A DNA stretch of 58,809 bases, the filler included, from Sphacelaria rigidula (lineage: Eukaryota): assembly GCA_964200075.2 (NCBI GenBank). It is 8 parts of 8 records of this genome, joined end to end, with 100 filler letters (N's around TTAATTAATTAA, not from the genome) between each part and the next. Parts side by side here need not be neighbours in the genome. Positions count along the whole stretch, not along the records: positions 29,457 to 36,720 come from CAXNAA020015715.1; positions 36,821 to 44,083 come from CAXNAA020015716.1; positions 44,184 to 51,446 come from CAXNAA020015717.1; 5 more parts are not named here. One strand, given 5' to 3'. Positions 36,005 to 49,285 of this stretch are shown here, piece after piece. The notes under the pieces are model-generated. The model did no database searches. It saw nothing but the letters and a program-made list of their open reading frames with translations, and had not been told where the DNA came from. Both the position numbers and the translations under genes were made by a program. Each line of letters opens with the position of its first letter. Position 1 is the first letter of the stretch.

Positions 36005-36720
36005 GGTCGCCCTTTTTGCTGCATTGGTTGATGTGCTACATTTTATTGCGCCCAAAGAGTCCGTGCTTTGTTACGGTAAAGCTACAGTCGTATTTGCGGC
36101 ACGGCTTTTGTGGGCGAATTTGTGTGGTTTTGTCATTTTGGCTTCGGCAAGAGTTGCCGCGTGTTCTCAGAAATAAAACGGCATAAGCTAGCGCCGTGAT
36201 ATACTTTTTGCAACGAAGAATATTCCGCGGCTGATCGTTTCATGGGTACTACAAGTTTGTTTTTTGGGAGGGGTGTACTCATGACCATGCATGCCATAGT
36301 CAGAAGACCATTGACCTCGCATTTTTTGTGAGGGGGGGGGGGTGAAGTCGTGTTTTCTTGTATCTTTCTGTGTTGCAGCACGTTACGTGTTCTTCGTGTG
36401 GGCGTGCGTGAGTCCGTGTGTGCGTGTATGTAAAAACCTGACCCCTCCCTCCCAAATGGTCTCATGACTGTGGTGTGTAAGAACATGCGTACCGCCCCCC
36501 CGCCCGCTTTGATTGATTGCGAGCCTGGTCCGACGAACCCGGCGTGCTTCGTCCCGGCTTTGTAGGGATCCGAGGTAAATGGTCTAATGGCTACGGCATG
36601 TAAGATCATGAGTACCCCCCGCCCTCCCCCCCTTCCGCCCCCGCTCCCCGATACCAGAGAATGAAGCAACTCATTGTAGGCTGTCATCCAAATGCAAGAT
36701 AATCAGTTGGCTTCGGGCCG

Positions 36721-36820
36721 NNNNNNNNNNNNNNNNNNNNNNNNNNNNNNNNNNNNNNNNNNNNTTAATTAATTAANNNNNNNNNNNNNNNNNNNNNNNN
36801 NNNNNNNNNNNNNNNNNNNN
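36721..36820. other. Artificial contig spacer
   Basis: 44N-TTAATTAATTAA-44N. Confidence 0.98.
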
Positions 36821-36892
36821 AAAAAAACCAATCTTCACACAACATGGTCGAAGATTACACCGCAGCCTTGGAAAAGTCAAGGGGACAACTCA

Positions 36893-36940
<48 letters not shown>

Positions 36941-37254
36941 ATATATATATACTCCGTATCATACCATATCTATGTATGTTCAAATACGAGTTTTGTTCGA
37001 TCTTGGGTCCTCCGAAACATCATCTTCCTCGTCCGGGGACGTAACTCGGCAACCCTAAGACGGCAACCGCGGGGCTAATTTATGCATCCGGAGATCTTCC
37101 AGACCTGCGTAGTATGTACGGATAACATTCTCAGCCTGATGTCCTCCGACTCATGGAAAAATAGCTCACGTATCTGCGGAGTACCCATATCCTCGCGCGC
37201 ACCCAATTAGGGGGCTGTTGAAGAAACGGCAAGAGGCGACGGTGCAGGTAATGC

Positions 37255-37650
37255 TGAGAGCACGAGGGAAAGCCCATCTGGGTCATGCATCCTTTTTTCG
37301 AGGGAAACTGATGCCGATACAATAGATTATCTACTCTCGCTGTCTGAAGGGTTAACCCTTACGCCACGGTGCGGGTAGTACGTCTGGATCATGTATACTT
37401 TTTTCAAGTGAATTTTGATGCTGAGGGCCTGTCTTGGCACACGAGCTTTCGATCGAAAAAGTGCGGTGGAAAACAGAAATCCTGATCTGATAGATCACGA
37501 TTTCAACCATCTTTAAAATAGACGATGTTTGAAATTACGACCTATCAAATCAGGATTTTCGTTTTCCACCGCACTTTTTCGATCCAAAACCCATGTGCTA
37601 AGACAAGGCCTGATTCAGCAGGTGAACTACCCTCGCGGTCAAAGGGTTGA
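37255..37650. mobile_element. Two ~100-bp piggyBac-type MITEs joined at TTAA (37352-37355); the second carries a nested PIF MITE
   Basis: TIR CCCTT(A/G/T)GACCGCG-like; shared core tctggatcatgcatacttttttcaagtgaa.ttgatgccgattca.cag. Confidence 0.8.
37425..37610. mobile_element. PIF/Harbinger (Tourist-like) foldback MITE, 186 bp, TGA TSD
   Basis: Termini GGGCCTGTCTTGGCAC...GTGCTAAGACAAGGCC, nearly fully palindromic. TGA at 37422-37424 and 37611-37613. Confidence 0.85.
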
Positions 37651-38468
37651 GGCGAAGAGATGTGTAACGCTAGCCCCAGCCCCAAACTCAACACGATAAA
37701 ACGGTCACAATATCATTTGCAATTCTGCGTCAGTCACTTGTACAGAGCCCTGCGCTCAACCATCATAGCTTTCTACTTCCTTTTTTTTTTTTTCAAAGTT
37801 TGCTAGCCCAAGCATAAACCACCCCCAAAACTGACTTTCGAGTGCCTGCACTTTTCTGTTGAACAATTGTACGCCTACTACTATGATCACCCCATCCACT
37901 ATTCGATGGATTCCCGTCGAGAAAGCGCTGCTCTGTGTGCATAAGCGAGAGCTAGCGGCGGAGCTGCTACCGTTTCCTTGTGCTGCGAGTGCTCGCTGTT
38001 AGAGTTTTGTCTCGTGAACTCTGTTTTTGACTGTCGTCTCTTCTCGTCGTGTTTCTGCTGCTACCAACAAATGCGGACGCTCTGGGCTCATCTGTTTATC
38101 GTCCGGTGCAAGAAACTAAAATTTCGTGTAGATCGATATATCTATCCACCTAAATGAAAGAATACATGCCCTCGAGAGGAGGTCGTTCTTACAAGTGGTT
38201 TCTGTGAACAAAAGCAAGTGCGAATTCCGTCAATGTATATTATTTCGTCTGTCTGGAAAAAAGAGCCTACTATAAAGCCATAGCCCTTCCCCCGAGAAGT
38301 ACGTGCTCGCAAGTCTATCCGACGCGACTACGTCATTATCCATGTACGAGGTATCTGTGGAACCCACTTAACCCCTTGACCGCTAGGGTAGGTGACCTGC
38401 GAAATCGGCATGAATTTCGCCTGAAAAGGTATGCGTGATCTAGATGGACTACCCGCATCGCGGTCTAA

Positions 38469-39299
38469 GGGCGTGTCTTGGCACCTTAGTTTTCGATCGA
38501 AGAAATAGGGCGGTGGAATCGATGTGAGCGATATTTTCTCGTTTTGATGCAGCTGGGTCCAGATAGATTTTCAAGCTTTCAATCGAAAAAATCCCGTGGA
38601 ATTTGTGAAACGGCACATGGTCACTAGTGCACAGTACAGACAGTCTGTACTATCTGCACTGCTGGCAAGCAGTGTCTTGGGTCCGTGTGTGCATGTTTAG
38701 ATCAGGAGGATATAAAAAGAGAAGCAGGCAACGTGCAGTGCAGACAGCTCAGGACTACGTTTCAGTTCTCTCTGGTTACAATGCAAGGTGGAGAGGGCTT
38801 CAGCAACGTGCAGCTTTGTGCTGCCTGCACTGTCCATGAGCGTGCACGCAACTCGGTTGCCCACTGTACCACGCAGCTCCGTCGCTGTTACCTACCATGA
38901 CGGAGGATGCGCAAGTTTTCGCCAACAAAAATAAACAACGCACACCCAACGACTGCAGTGTATCTATCCCTTGGGTTCAACTCGTGCTCTACGCTGCAGG
39001 GTTGCGGTGGTAGCAGAGAATGAGTTGGATGGAGTTTGCATGGTCCTGTGAACAGGTGTTATCTGGCGGGGTGGTCTGTAAAATACATAGGAGTCAAATG
39101 CGCCTTTGTGCCTTTCGACCAAATGTTTTCGATCGAAAACGATTATTTTTTACCTCAATGCATTCTTCTCCGCGCGCCGCTAATTATAATTTTGAATTGA
39201 AGCCTTCTTGGAACATGAATGCGGTGGATCTATCAGATCGGCGAAAAAAAAATCGACCGCACTTCTTCGATCGAAAAAAAAATGTGCCAAGACACGCCC
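38469..39299. mobile_element. Non-autonomous PIF/Harbinger element, 831 bp, TAA TSD, nested in the TIR of a piggyBac MITE (38372-39305)
   Basis: Perfect 16-bp TIR GGGCGTGTCTTGGCAC; TAA at 38466-38468 and 39300-39302. Removing it restores cggtcTAAggg-ttga. Confidence 0.88.
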
Positions 39300-40074
39300 T
39301 AAGGGTTGACGTGGAACGCGCATGAATCGCGGGAGGTTTGGTGTTCCCTGAGGATCTCTCTTGTTAGTTTCCCAACCGCAAGAGGTGTAAGACCGTTGCA
39401 TAACACACCACACAGCTCTTCATGTATTCAGGACTGGCCTGGACAAAGAATCCACATCATCGTCGAAGTTCCGCCGCGAATCTCTCTACACGCCCACTTT
39501 CTGTAAACCAATCATATATGACACTGTAAACTGCGGCAACGGTTCTGAGACCTACTCGATGCTACACATCTCATTATCTAGGTTCCCGATACAATATATG
39601 AATATATTCAACAGTTTATAGGGGTGCTAGTCTTCAGGCTCCAAACTTCCGGGATTTTTTTTAAAATAAGGGTCTCGGTTCCTCCTGATACTTCTCGATC
39701 AATAGAGCAAACTAAATAGGATAACAAGAGTCGGATGGCATAAGACACACGCAAACGCCAGCACACGCACACGCCCGCACACACGCACACGCCCGCACCG
39801 AAGCAAAGCTACTTCGTTCAAGACCTCCTGCTCCGAAGTTCCACCCGACAAGACCCGTGCTGCCCAAGCGGGAGCTCCTGGCTGTTGAGCTTTTGGTATG
39901 ACAGGAGACCCGATCTCGGCCGACTTGTGCGTTTCAGGCATAATCTGGTGATACGGTCCTCGAATGTTGAGCCGTGTCCCCGGTGCGGACGGACGCTTGC
40001 TTAGAGCAAAAATATGCACGGTGAGGGCCACGGTTCAAGAGAGGGGTGTGCCAAGCCATTTCGACCTCTCTCAA

Positions 40075-40616
40075 CCCTTTGACCGTGAGGGTAGGTCACC
40101 TGCTGAATCGGCATCAATTCCATTTGAAAAAAATTGCGTCATCAAGATGGACTACCCGCATCGCGGTCTGAGGGTTGGACATGACTTCCCTATTGGATGG
40201 TTTTAATCCTTAACCCTTAGACCGCGAGATGAGTCTTTCTGGATCATGCATACTTCTTTTCACTTGGAATTGATGCCGATTCAACAGAGGACTACCCTTG
40301 CGGTCTAAGGGTTAACCCCTAGACAGCGAGAGTAGGTCATCTGTTGAATCGGCATCAATTTCACTTGAAAAAAGAATGCACGATCCAGATAGACTGAGCT
40401 CGCGGTGTAAGGGTTAACCCTTGGACCGGGAGGTTAGTCTTCTGTTCAATCAGCATCAATTTCGAGTAAAAAAAAAGTATGCATGATCCAGAGAGACTAA
40501 CCTCGCGGTCTAAGGGTTAAGTGGCGAGAATACGTCATCTGTTGAGTCGGCATTAAGTTCACATGAAAAAAGGGTGCATGATTCAGATTGAACTACCCTT
40601 GCAGTCTGAGGGTTGA
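40075..40616. mobile_element. piggyBac-type MITE cluster: single copy 40075-40174, then four copies chained through TTAA (40214-40311, 40316-40413, 40418-40516, 40521-40612)
   Basis: TTAA at 40210, 40312, 40414 and 40517, flanking CCC(T/C)T(A/G)GAC...GT(C/G)TAAGGG units in mixed orientation. Confidence 0.88.
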
Positions 40617-41299
40617 AGAGTTTTTCTGGTAAAGCAAGCACTCGGTTTATCAAAAAGCCTCTCATGAAACGATATATATATATATATATATATATATGGG
40701 TGTTGAACTCGGTGAAATCAAGATATCTGGAAGGGGCGCTTGTGTCGTAGCGCCTGATTGAACTTGTGACATAACGTATTTAGCTCTTTATGATGCAATA
40801 CAGGACCCACACTCACTTGGCACCATTCCTGCTTCTTGTGATGTGGAAGAACCACCACTGCTGTATTCCGTATCTAGAAGCTACTCTAATACTCCAACAT
40901 CCAAACATAGCGGGCAAGAGAACACGAGAGAGAACGTACAGAAGAACTGCTGTACAGCTGACTCCTGTGCTACTGCTGTACAAAAGTACAATGCTGTACC
41001 AGTATCACCAATGTCACATCTCGGAAGCAAGAAAGGAAAAATGGAGAACGGAAGAACAGGGAAACAGAAAACCTTACGAGTATACAAGTGCTACAGCAGT
41101 GTAGAAACCGACTGCAGCAAACAAAGGGTCCGGCGTGTGGTTCGGCGAGAGTTTGCAGAACGAACCCGCCGCGCAAGGCATCGTGCTGCAGCCAGTGAAG
41201 CTCTGAGCTGTTTATCAACTCCTGTATTTCTGCACCGCACGACAGGAGCGTACTGCACTGGTTGTCAACAGCGGGCTGAAAGAGTGGGGGATTGGCGGG

Positions 41300-41496
41300 T
41301 CGGTGCGGGTAGCCGTTCTGGACTATGCATATTTTTTCGAGTGAAAAATTATGTTGATTCAGCATGTGACCAACCGTCGCGTTCTAAGGGTTAACCCTTA
41401 GACCGCGAGGTTAGTCTTCTGTTGAATCGGCATCAATTTCAAGTGAAAAAAAGTATGCATGATCCAGAAAGACTAATCTCGCGGTCCAAGGGTCAA
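41300..41496. mobile_element. Two piggyBac-type MITEs joined at TTAA (41391-41394)
   Basis: Same family as 40214-40612. Confidence 0.82.
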
Positions 41497-42750
41497 GATA
41501 CCGCTAGTACGCCAAAATATTCCATGGCCACGAAAAAATAGATTTCGTCACAGCAGACATGGTGGTGTTTGACGCGTGTGATGACTATTGAAAGCGCTGT
41601 TGCGGAAGCACGACAAATATGACGATGCTCGAGCCGAGGCCAGGACTGGCTCGAGCGCCTGTCTTTCGTACCCACATGTCACGTCGACATCCGAAGCTCT
41701 TCTTGGGTTTGGGTGTGTGGCATGCTGAGTTGTTATGCCCCATAATCCTTATTCGTCCGTCAACATTGGTTATATGTTGACATGGCATCAAATCTCCTAG
41801 AAGAATAATTATGCATGACCCAGAGGACCTCTACCCTCGCGGTCAAGACAATGAGGGACGCAGACAACAACTCGAAAAGAAATGGGCGTCGTCACGTGGT
41901 GTTGACATAGGCATGGCCACCGTAAGCGCGGCACGCCTCTCGTTTTTGCTTCCCGTACGTGTTGACCGTACAATCACCATGCTGGTTGGCTGGGTGACTT
42001 TCATAGTAAGGCACGCCGTAGGCTCGCGTCCCCATGATTTTGTTGAAATTGGTGCCGAGCACCGATTCGAGCAAAAACAACGCATTCTTGGCCTAGGGAC
42101 CGATAGTAGATCTCCTTCGTTCGAGGGTTTCGCGGTCTCCTGCCTTCGTTTGAGTAAGGTTCAGGGCTACGTAGCGTTACGGTGCGATTGGTCCCATGGA
42201 CATCCGGGTCTGTGGATTCGTGCCCCCGAAGGATGAACAAAACCTCTGCATAACTTGGTGTATCCGAAAATATTGTATGCCGTATTGGGGGAAATAACGA
42301 TCCATGGACACCTCTCATCATTGGGATCTTTCCACAGATGCTTTCGGTTCTTCGTTACGTTTTTTCGGGGCTCGCTCCTCCAGTCTGGCTTTGGTATTCC
42401 ATGCATCTGCATGTGGCATATACGATTTCTCCTTGAAGCCTACAGTCAGGACGGTGAAGAGCCACAGACAGCGCTGACGACACCGCGACCCGCATGCGAC
42501 CCTGCCTCCCGACCCGCCCACACATCGATGAGCAAGGGAAAATAACGACCCACCCAGGCCATCTTTTGGTGTATCAGCAGACATGCTCTTGTGCATTTCC
42601 AACATAGTCGGGGTCCAGTTGGATCCGCCGGATACGCAGAGCACTGTCGAACGTTCTTTAGCTACAATACTGTACCTACAGACAACAGTATCATCCCCCT
42701 GCCAGATTTATGCATTCGCGGGGGACGCACTGTGTGTGCCCGGACAATGG

Positions 42751-43117
42751 TCAACCCTTGGACCACTATGCGTGCGGGTAGCCCATCTGGATCACGCACT
42801 CTTTTCGAATAAAATGGATGCCGATTCAGCAGGTGTCCTACCCTCGCCGTCCAAGGGTCAACCCTTGGACCGCGGTGCGGGTAGTCCATCTGGATCACTC
42901 GTACTTTTTTTAAGTGAAGACTAACCCTTAGATCGCGGCGGGTAGTATATGGATCATGCATACGTTTTTCAAGTGAATATTGATGCCGATTCAGCAGATG
43001 ATCTACCCTTGCGGTCAAAAGGTAGGGTATTGTAGATCATCTGCCGAATCGACATCAATATTCACTTGAACAAAGTATGCATGCTCCAGATAGACTACCC
43101 GCACCGCGCTGGGTTAA
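42751..43117. mobile_element. Chain of four piggyBac-type MITE copies, some truncated
   Basis: Units start at 42755, 42862, 42925 and ~43024; junctions are TCAA, CTAA or TTAA. Confidence 0.8.
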
Positions 43118-44083
43118 GCGGATGAGCATGTCTTGTGTACAGGATATGGTAAGTACTCGTGTACAGTACAGACAGTTGCGCACGACGCAAATTCTAATTA
43201 CCATGGCACCCAGAGGGGGGGGGACTAAGGATCCTCTCAATACCTTTTATCGGTCGTGTTCTACCAACAGGAAAGGTACAAACACCGACGGACCCTGAAC
43301 CTGCTTCTTTTATTCGAGCGCTAGAGCACAGCTGTACAGGTGGTGCTCAGCATGATGCGAAAGCGGGCATATAGATGAATGAGCACAGCTGCACATGTGA
43401 TAGGATAAAAGCACTAAGCCGACCGCACCACTACCGCGAAATGCGAGCCTGCCTTCAGACCCACCTCCAAATGACTGTACTGTCATACTCCATGGTCACC
43501 AATTTCTGGTTAATGTAATATCGTTGATGAAAGAAAAATGTATCACGTACAGGATGGGCTGCCCAAGAAGCGGACTTTTCTTCAGCCGGTTCTAACTGAT
43601 GATATATCGCGAGTTACGCCTACTATGACACATCGCGGTAATCTGCAAATCAACGCGGGTCTTTCACTTCACGTAGCACTGTGATCTGACAAGTTCTCAT
43701 CAAACGAAACACCAAACAAACTGTAGTCAGCTGCGAAGTGTAGAGAGTTGAGGATGGCATGTGCGGCGAAATTAGGGGGGAAAACGGCTGAAATCACATA
43801 TACGTTTACAAGTCTGTTGTGCCGCGGCCGCAAAGCGATGGTGCTGTACTAGTTGGGCGGTTGTACAACAATGCATGTCGTACTGTAGGCGCTCAGTGTG
43901 TAAGATGGCATGCAGACGCGACCTCCAGCGTGCCAAGGCGTCTGGTAGTAGTGTGTAATCCGGTGAGTAGCGTGTGAACAAAGCTTGTAGAAAACGTCAA
44001 AGTTCCGACTAAGGTTGTTGTACTCTTTTTTTTTTTTTTTTTTTATTTTTAATCCTTTCCTTTTCTCGTTCTCCTCTCTTTTT

Positions 44084-44183
44084 NNNNNNNNNNNNNNNNN
44101 NNNNNNNNNNNNNNNNNNNNNNNNNNNTTAATTAATTAANNNNNNNNNNNNNNNNNNNNNNNNNNNNNNNNNNNNNNNNNNNN
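44084..44183. other. Artificial contig spacer
   Basis: 44N-TTAATTAATTAA-44N. Confidence 0.98.
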
Positions 44184-45440
44184 TGCGAGGTCAATGGTCT
44201 GATGACTATGGCAAGCATGATCATGAGTACACCCCCGCCCTCCCCTTACCCCCCCCTCAAAAACTCGAATTTTCGATCTTGGGACCCACGTGTCCCGAAA
44301 TATATTCCTGACAGACCCTTGGGGCAGACCTTCATTTCAGAGTAAAAGGGCCCAGCCGAGACCACTCCGGTTTCACCGCCGAAATCCGAGACCGCAACGT
44401 CGCATCACGAACATCGAAATAAATTGAAATTGGAGGCGCCCTGAACACAGGGCAATCTATCTCAACAGTGTACGTATACCAAGAACTGAAACTCTGCAGC
44501 GCATGATTTGGTCCCAGAAAGCTCGTTTCGAGGTCCGTCGCTGACCGCCAGCTATTGTCTAAAGCTGTCGATACTACGCCCCCGCTCCGGCTTTTTCCAT
44601 TTCCCGGATGTGTTATCCCAAATGTTTCGCTCCTCTGCCACGAAGCACAACCCGCATGCAAGCAAAACATATGATGTTCAGATTGGATGCATTTCATGTA
44701 CTTCGCACAGCACACAAGGGACGTGCGCACACAGGAGGAGGGGAATGGCAGTCAGACTTTATTTCGGCCGGCACCTCGACCAGTAATTATTGTAGGCCGA
44801 AACGATTCAGGTGCAAGGCACATTACGATCGACGCCGTTTTTCTTCAAGATTTCAGAAAAAAAAAAAACGGACTTTTTGGAGTCTACGTTCAGACTTCTT
44901 CGAAAACGAAGCGACTTGATTTTGTCTCCGAAGCGTCATTTTTGGAGAAGTATGAAAATTTCACAACTGTGCCGTTTACCGCAGCACCTCGGAGAGCTGC
45001 CCTGTGTGTACGCCGTGGCGCTCACAAGCATTCGAGGGTCATGAGGTACCTTGCCAGTACAGTCACGGAAAATTCGGAGATCTCCGAAAAAACAGTGTCG
45101 ATTACTATGTGCCACAAGTGCGGTAGGCCGAGGGGCGTGTAGTGACGACGGGTGACTGAGAGTGTCGTACCCTGAGTACCCTGTAGAACTACATACATTC
45201 CAAGTGATTGGCGTACGTCACTTATGCTTGTTTTTCTTCTCGTCTGCTGGGGCGCTATAACCGGCTCATATATGTATATATATATACTGTATGTAACGGA
45301 TTGCGAACCCTAAACAAAAATTCCGATACTTGTATCATGCATCAATTGCCGCGTGTACAAACACTGGTTTGGTTTGACAATGTTTTCATTTCATGTCGAC
45401 GTTGTGGCAGCCGAAATCTATGGGGCTGGTACTGAATAAA

Positions 45441-45854
45441 CAGCGGATTCTAAAAAATGGGGTTGAACAAAAAAATGAGGTTCAACTCAAAAACAGTGCT
45501 TTTCCTGACGTAAAGTCATGGCAAATGACTTTCTCATGGATGACCTCATCTCTCTCGATCTCTCTAGAACTACTTCGGGGGGCTTCCAGCCTTCCGTTCC
45601 CCCGAAGGGTTTGTGCAAAGGCACATTTTTGCCTCGATTTCCGGGTAAAAAATGTGACGCTTTACGGCTCAAAAACCGTATTTTCGCACATACCCTTCGC
45701 GGGAACGGAAGGCTGGAACCCCCCCGAAATAGTTTTAGGGAGGTCGGGAGAAATGAGGTCGTCCATATGAAAGTCATGACTTTAGGTCAGGGAAAGCACT
45801 GCTTTTGAGCTGTCCCTCATTTTTTTGTTCAACCCCATTTTTGCGAATCCGCTG
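45441..45854. mobile_element. Foldback MITE (~414 bp, ~185-bp inverted arms, CAG termini, possibly hAT-derived)
   Basis: cagcggattc..aaaaatggggttgaacaaaaaaatgagg versus cctcatttttttgttcaaccccattttttgcgaatccgctg. No convincing TSD. Confidence 0.8.
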
Positions 45855-45902
45855 CTAATGGAGTTCTATTTCAATTTTTGAACACTACTACTATACCTTC
45901 AC

Positions 45903-48746
45903 CTGAACAACTCCTGGAGTAAAGAGGACTCTTGATCGCCTTGGGCCGAATCGGTCGCCTATCGTCGGGGCTGATGTCCCATCGTTTCTCTCTTCTATCC
46001 GCTGCCATTCTCCAGGACAGAAGATGGTTCACTTCAACGTGACCCAAATTTCTGTAGTCGTTCTGTCGTGAGCCTACTCTGACCTCCGGAGCTCGCCGAT
46101 ACGGTGTTCGACCCCTGGTTTCAGACCCCGCAAATTTGCGCGCAGATTCGTCGCGATGTCTCAGATTCTCTGACGATATTCGCCATTCCTGTATGGTGTT
46201 GGACACGGGGACGAGTATGTGGAACACCCCGTTGAAGTGGTCAAATTTGCTTCTTTTTGGGAGTCCATAGACCACCGCACCATATATGTACATGTGTGCC
46301 GAGGTGTATGCGGCGTTTGGTCGAATCCAAGGCAATCTTTCATCTACCCCTCTTAAGCTTCAGTCAGTTGAGAGTAATATACGTACCACTAGAAGACCTG
46401 CGCGCGCTGATTCCAGGACGGCTAACATCATAGTCTCAGATAACAGGCCTCAGATGCCCCACTGCATTGAGACACTCAACCGTTTGGCGCTCCGCGCGCA
46501 GATGTAACCCATGAATCGTACGGCCAATCCCCACCTGCTCTGGAAAACCTGCTACAGGGGAGCTGTGACTTCAGTGTACCACCTTCTGCGGCTGGTAGGA
46601 GTGTGGTCGGCCGTGTAAGCGACGATTGATTCGCGCTCTTTGACTCCTCGTCATACAGGATTGACACTGCGCAAACTTGCCTTCATGTCTTCGAAGGTAT
46701 AGGCTCGTTTTCCCGAGAAACCATTTTGAGCGCTCGGAGCGTCAAAGTGCTCCTCAACATCGCCCTTTCCCTGCGCCGCCAGAAGCAGTAGCGCTCGGCT
46801 GGGCAGAAATGGACACAGCCAGGAAGAGCGTTTGTATCAAGGTGGGTGATATATGCAGGTAACTCATTCCCGTGCTTCGATGCATTGCCCAGGGGTTCAG
46901 TGTGGCCGGATACCTGTATGAGATACTTACTGCTCTGTGCAAATAGTCGAAAAGTGCACGCGCAGATGAGTAAAATTTACGTCGAGAAATGTCTCTCACC
47001 ATCTTCGCGTATCTGGCTTAGTGGTCGGCCATGTGTTGGGTTGGCGTTGTTTGTCGACGCCGGCCACAGTGGTTTGCCGCAGGCCGATGGGCCTTTTATG
47101 CCCAAGGCAGCCGTCCCACCTGTCTCCGTCGTACCCTCCACGCCATCTATCTCTGGGCGACGCGGCTTTTCTACCGCGTTCGAGAGTATGTTTCAATCTT
47201 TCTATTGTGGGGATTACCTCTCTGTCTCGTCCACGCCCGGTAACGTCGCATCTATGGCCGGCCGAATGGTTGCTGGTGCCATCGTACACGGAGGAGGGAT
47301 GGGTGCAGCCGTTGAGATGTTCTATTTTGGCCTTTGTTGTAGAGTCTCGGGTTTCACCCCGAATCTTCTGCTGCAGGTGTAAGTACTCCGCCTCCATATG
47401 TCGAAGCTCTTCGGCCGCTTGCTGGAGCCGAAGCCATCTCTCCCCTTGTTCCTCCGATTTTCTGTTTTTAGACCAGAAATACACCGTCACCGGCGAAGGG
47501 GAAGTGGGCGACGTGGGCGTGCACAGCTGACCACTTATTCTTCGATACCCGGACTGTGGTCAAACACGAGAGGAATTGTTGCCAGCGCTATCCACCTCTT
47601 TTGCCCTCGTTGCTGGTGCACCGGGCTATTGTCTTCGCGATTTCATTCAAGGAAAGACTGTTTTTGGCTGCGATTTCAACGAAGGTGATTAGTGTGTCTG
47701 CGGAAAACTGATCGTCCAAACAAGCGTATCCACCATCAGGCCTAGTGGTGACCGGGAGAACACCCACTCGTGGCGGTCGAGAAAGCGCGTACCAACCTTC
47801 CTCCTTCCGTGGCGCCCTGGAAATACATCAACGCCGCATATACTTTCAAGGATCGACTCAAACAGCATGTATTTGCTTTGTTCTCGTAGGAAACTTCGCC
47901 TCAATAAAGAATAGAGCCACTCGCCTCTCGTCATTGTTGCCAGCATGTATCGTGTGGTCGCCGTCCTTCTCGATTCCGACGCAGTACTCCGGGGTTCGGT
48001 TCCTGGCGACCCCTGATGAATTGATGGGTTCCTGCACAGCCGCTGTCGCGTTTAACCGTATGTCTAGTGCTCGCAAGAACCGGCAGGCAGCATGTAGCCC
48101 AAGATTGTGCTGGTTGGGGTCTGTACCACTCTGGCTATTCTGCAATAATACCTCTATGACGTCCACTCCCTGCAAGCGCGCCGCCCTACAGAAATTCCCA
48201 GAGAAACGAGCAGCGCAATGTGAGCACTAGTGGAGTGCAACATACAGTACACTCAAGAACTCTAATCTGAGTCGACTCTGACAGCCTTCCAGAACGCGCG
48301 TGGCCCTAACTTCATTGCAGCTGCGTGCACAAGCATTGGGTATTTCATGCAAAGCCAATATGTCAGCGAATCCCGGCCCCTTAAGCCGTCTTATCTCACC
48401 GAGCGGCGGTGAGGAGGACTTCCTCTGTCTTTCTCGAGAGAATTCCCGTCGCCAACGTGGTCGGTTCATCAATTACCCTCCCTAGTAGTCGTTGTCGATG
48501 CAGATCGTCTAGAGTATGCGGACGACTCAAACCGGACTCCTCGGCGGTTCGTCGGGATGTGGTCGCGGTTTGCCGCTTAGAACGTAAATAGGTGAAGATG
48601 TCTTGCACCGTGACGAATCCATCGCCATTCATGTCCAGATCTCGTTCTGTGAAAGCCTGTCCCACAAACAGAGCATTCCAATGTTCCATGACCAAGTCTA
48701 GTTCAGGTGAGAGCAGCAAGCGGGCTTCCCTATGTGCATCGGTACG
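45903..48746 (-). CDS. Uncharacterised multi-exon protein with a single EF-hand. Exons 48746-48400, 48185-(end uncertain), 47461-47000, 46798-46681, 46188-45903
   Basis: EF-hand loop DMNGDGFVTVQD followed by IFTYL. Phase-consistent joins: 48400>48185, 47000>46798, and 46681(GC donor)>46188. One junction is unresolved. Confidence 0.55.
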
Positions 48747-49285
48747 CTGTAGCAGTTACTACTTTTAGTCGCTGTTAGATAGCATGGATCAACAAGCAGA
48801 AACCCTGTAACATACAATATTGTTGTCTAGAGGGCTTCACAGCGATGTGGTAAAGGAGCAAAACTTTGGGTAATAATACATTCACATGGATTATTCAGTG
48901 ACGGGTGGCTGGCTCTCGAAGGAAGAGAGTTGTATACCGGTGACCAATTGTCTGGTAGCCCGCACAAGGTGCATATGTGTGTAGTTATGTACTGCTTACA
49001 GTAGTCTAGGGGGCACATAGACACAATGCGCGTCGGCGAAGCACACAAATCGGCGCCTACGGCGTCGATTTGTACAAAAACACGTATTGTACGCGCTGCC
49101 GAGCACCTGGAACCGTTAAACCCTAGAAAGATCCGCGTATGATTCTTCATACTGTAGCCGAATATCTTTCAACTATGGGTTTTGGTGATGAACTCGCATA
49201 CACTCTACTGAAAAAGCCATTTTATCGCAATTTTTTCGCGGACATACTCGACGTTTACTCAAAAATTCCAACTTCAGCATATCTT

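Noticed and set aside
39797-39945. Possible kinase subdomain III exon (EVLNEVALLR, minus strand)
   Set aside because: No other kinase motifs or convincing phase-compatible neighbouring exons were found on contig 6.
40210-40616. CRISPR-like or satellite array (regular ~102-bp period with a palindromic junction)
   Set aside because: The intervening sequences are homologous to each other in mixed orientation rather than unique spacers. Units have TIRs and TTAA flanks, there are no cas genes, and the context is eukaryotic.
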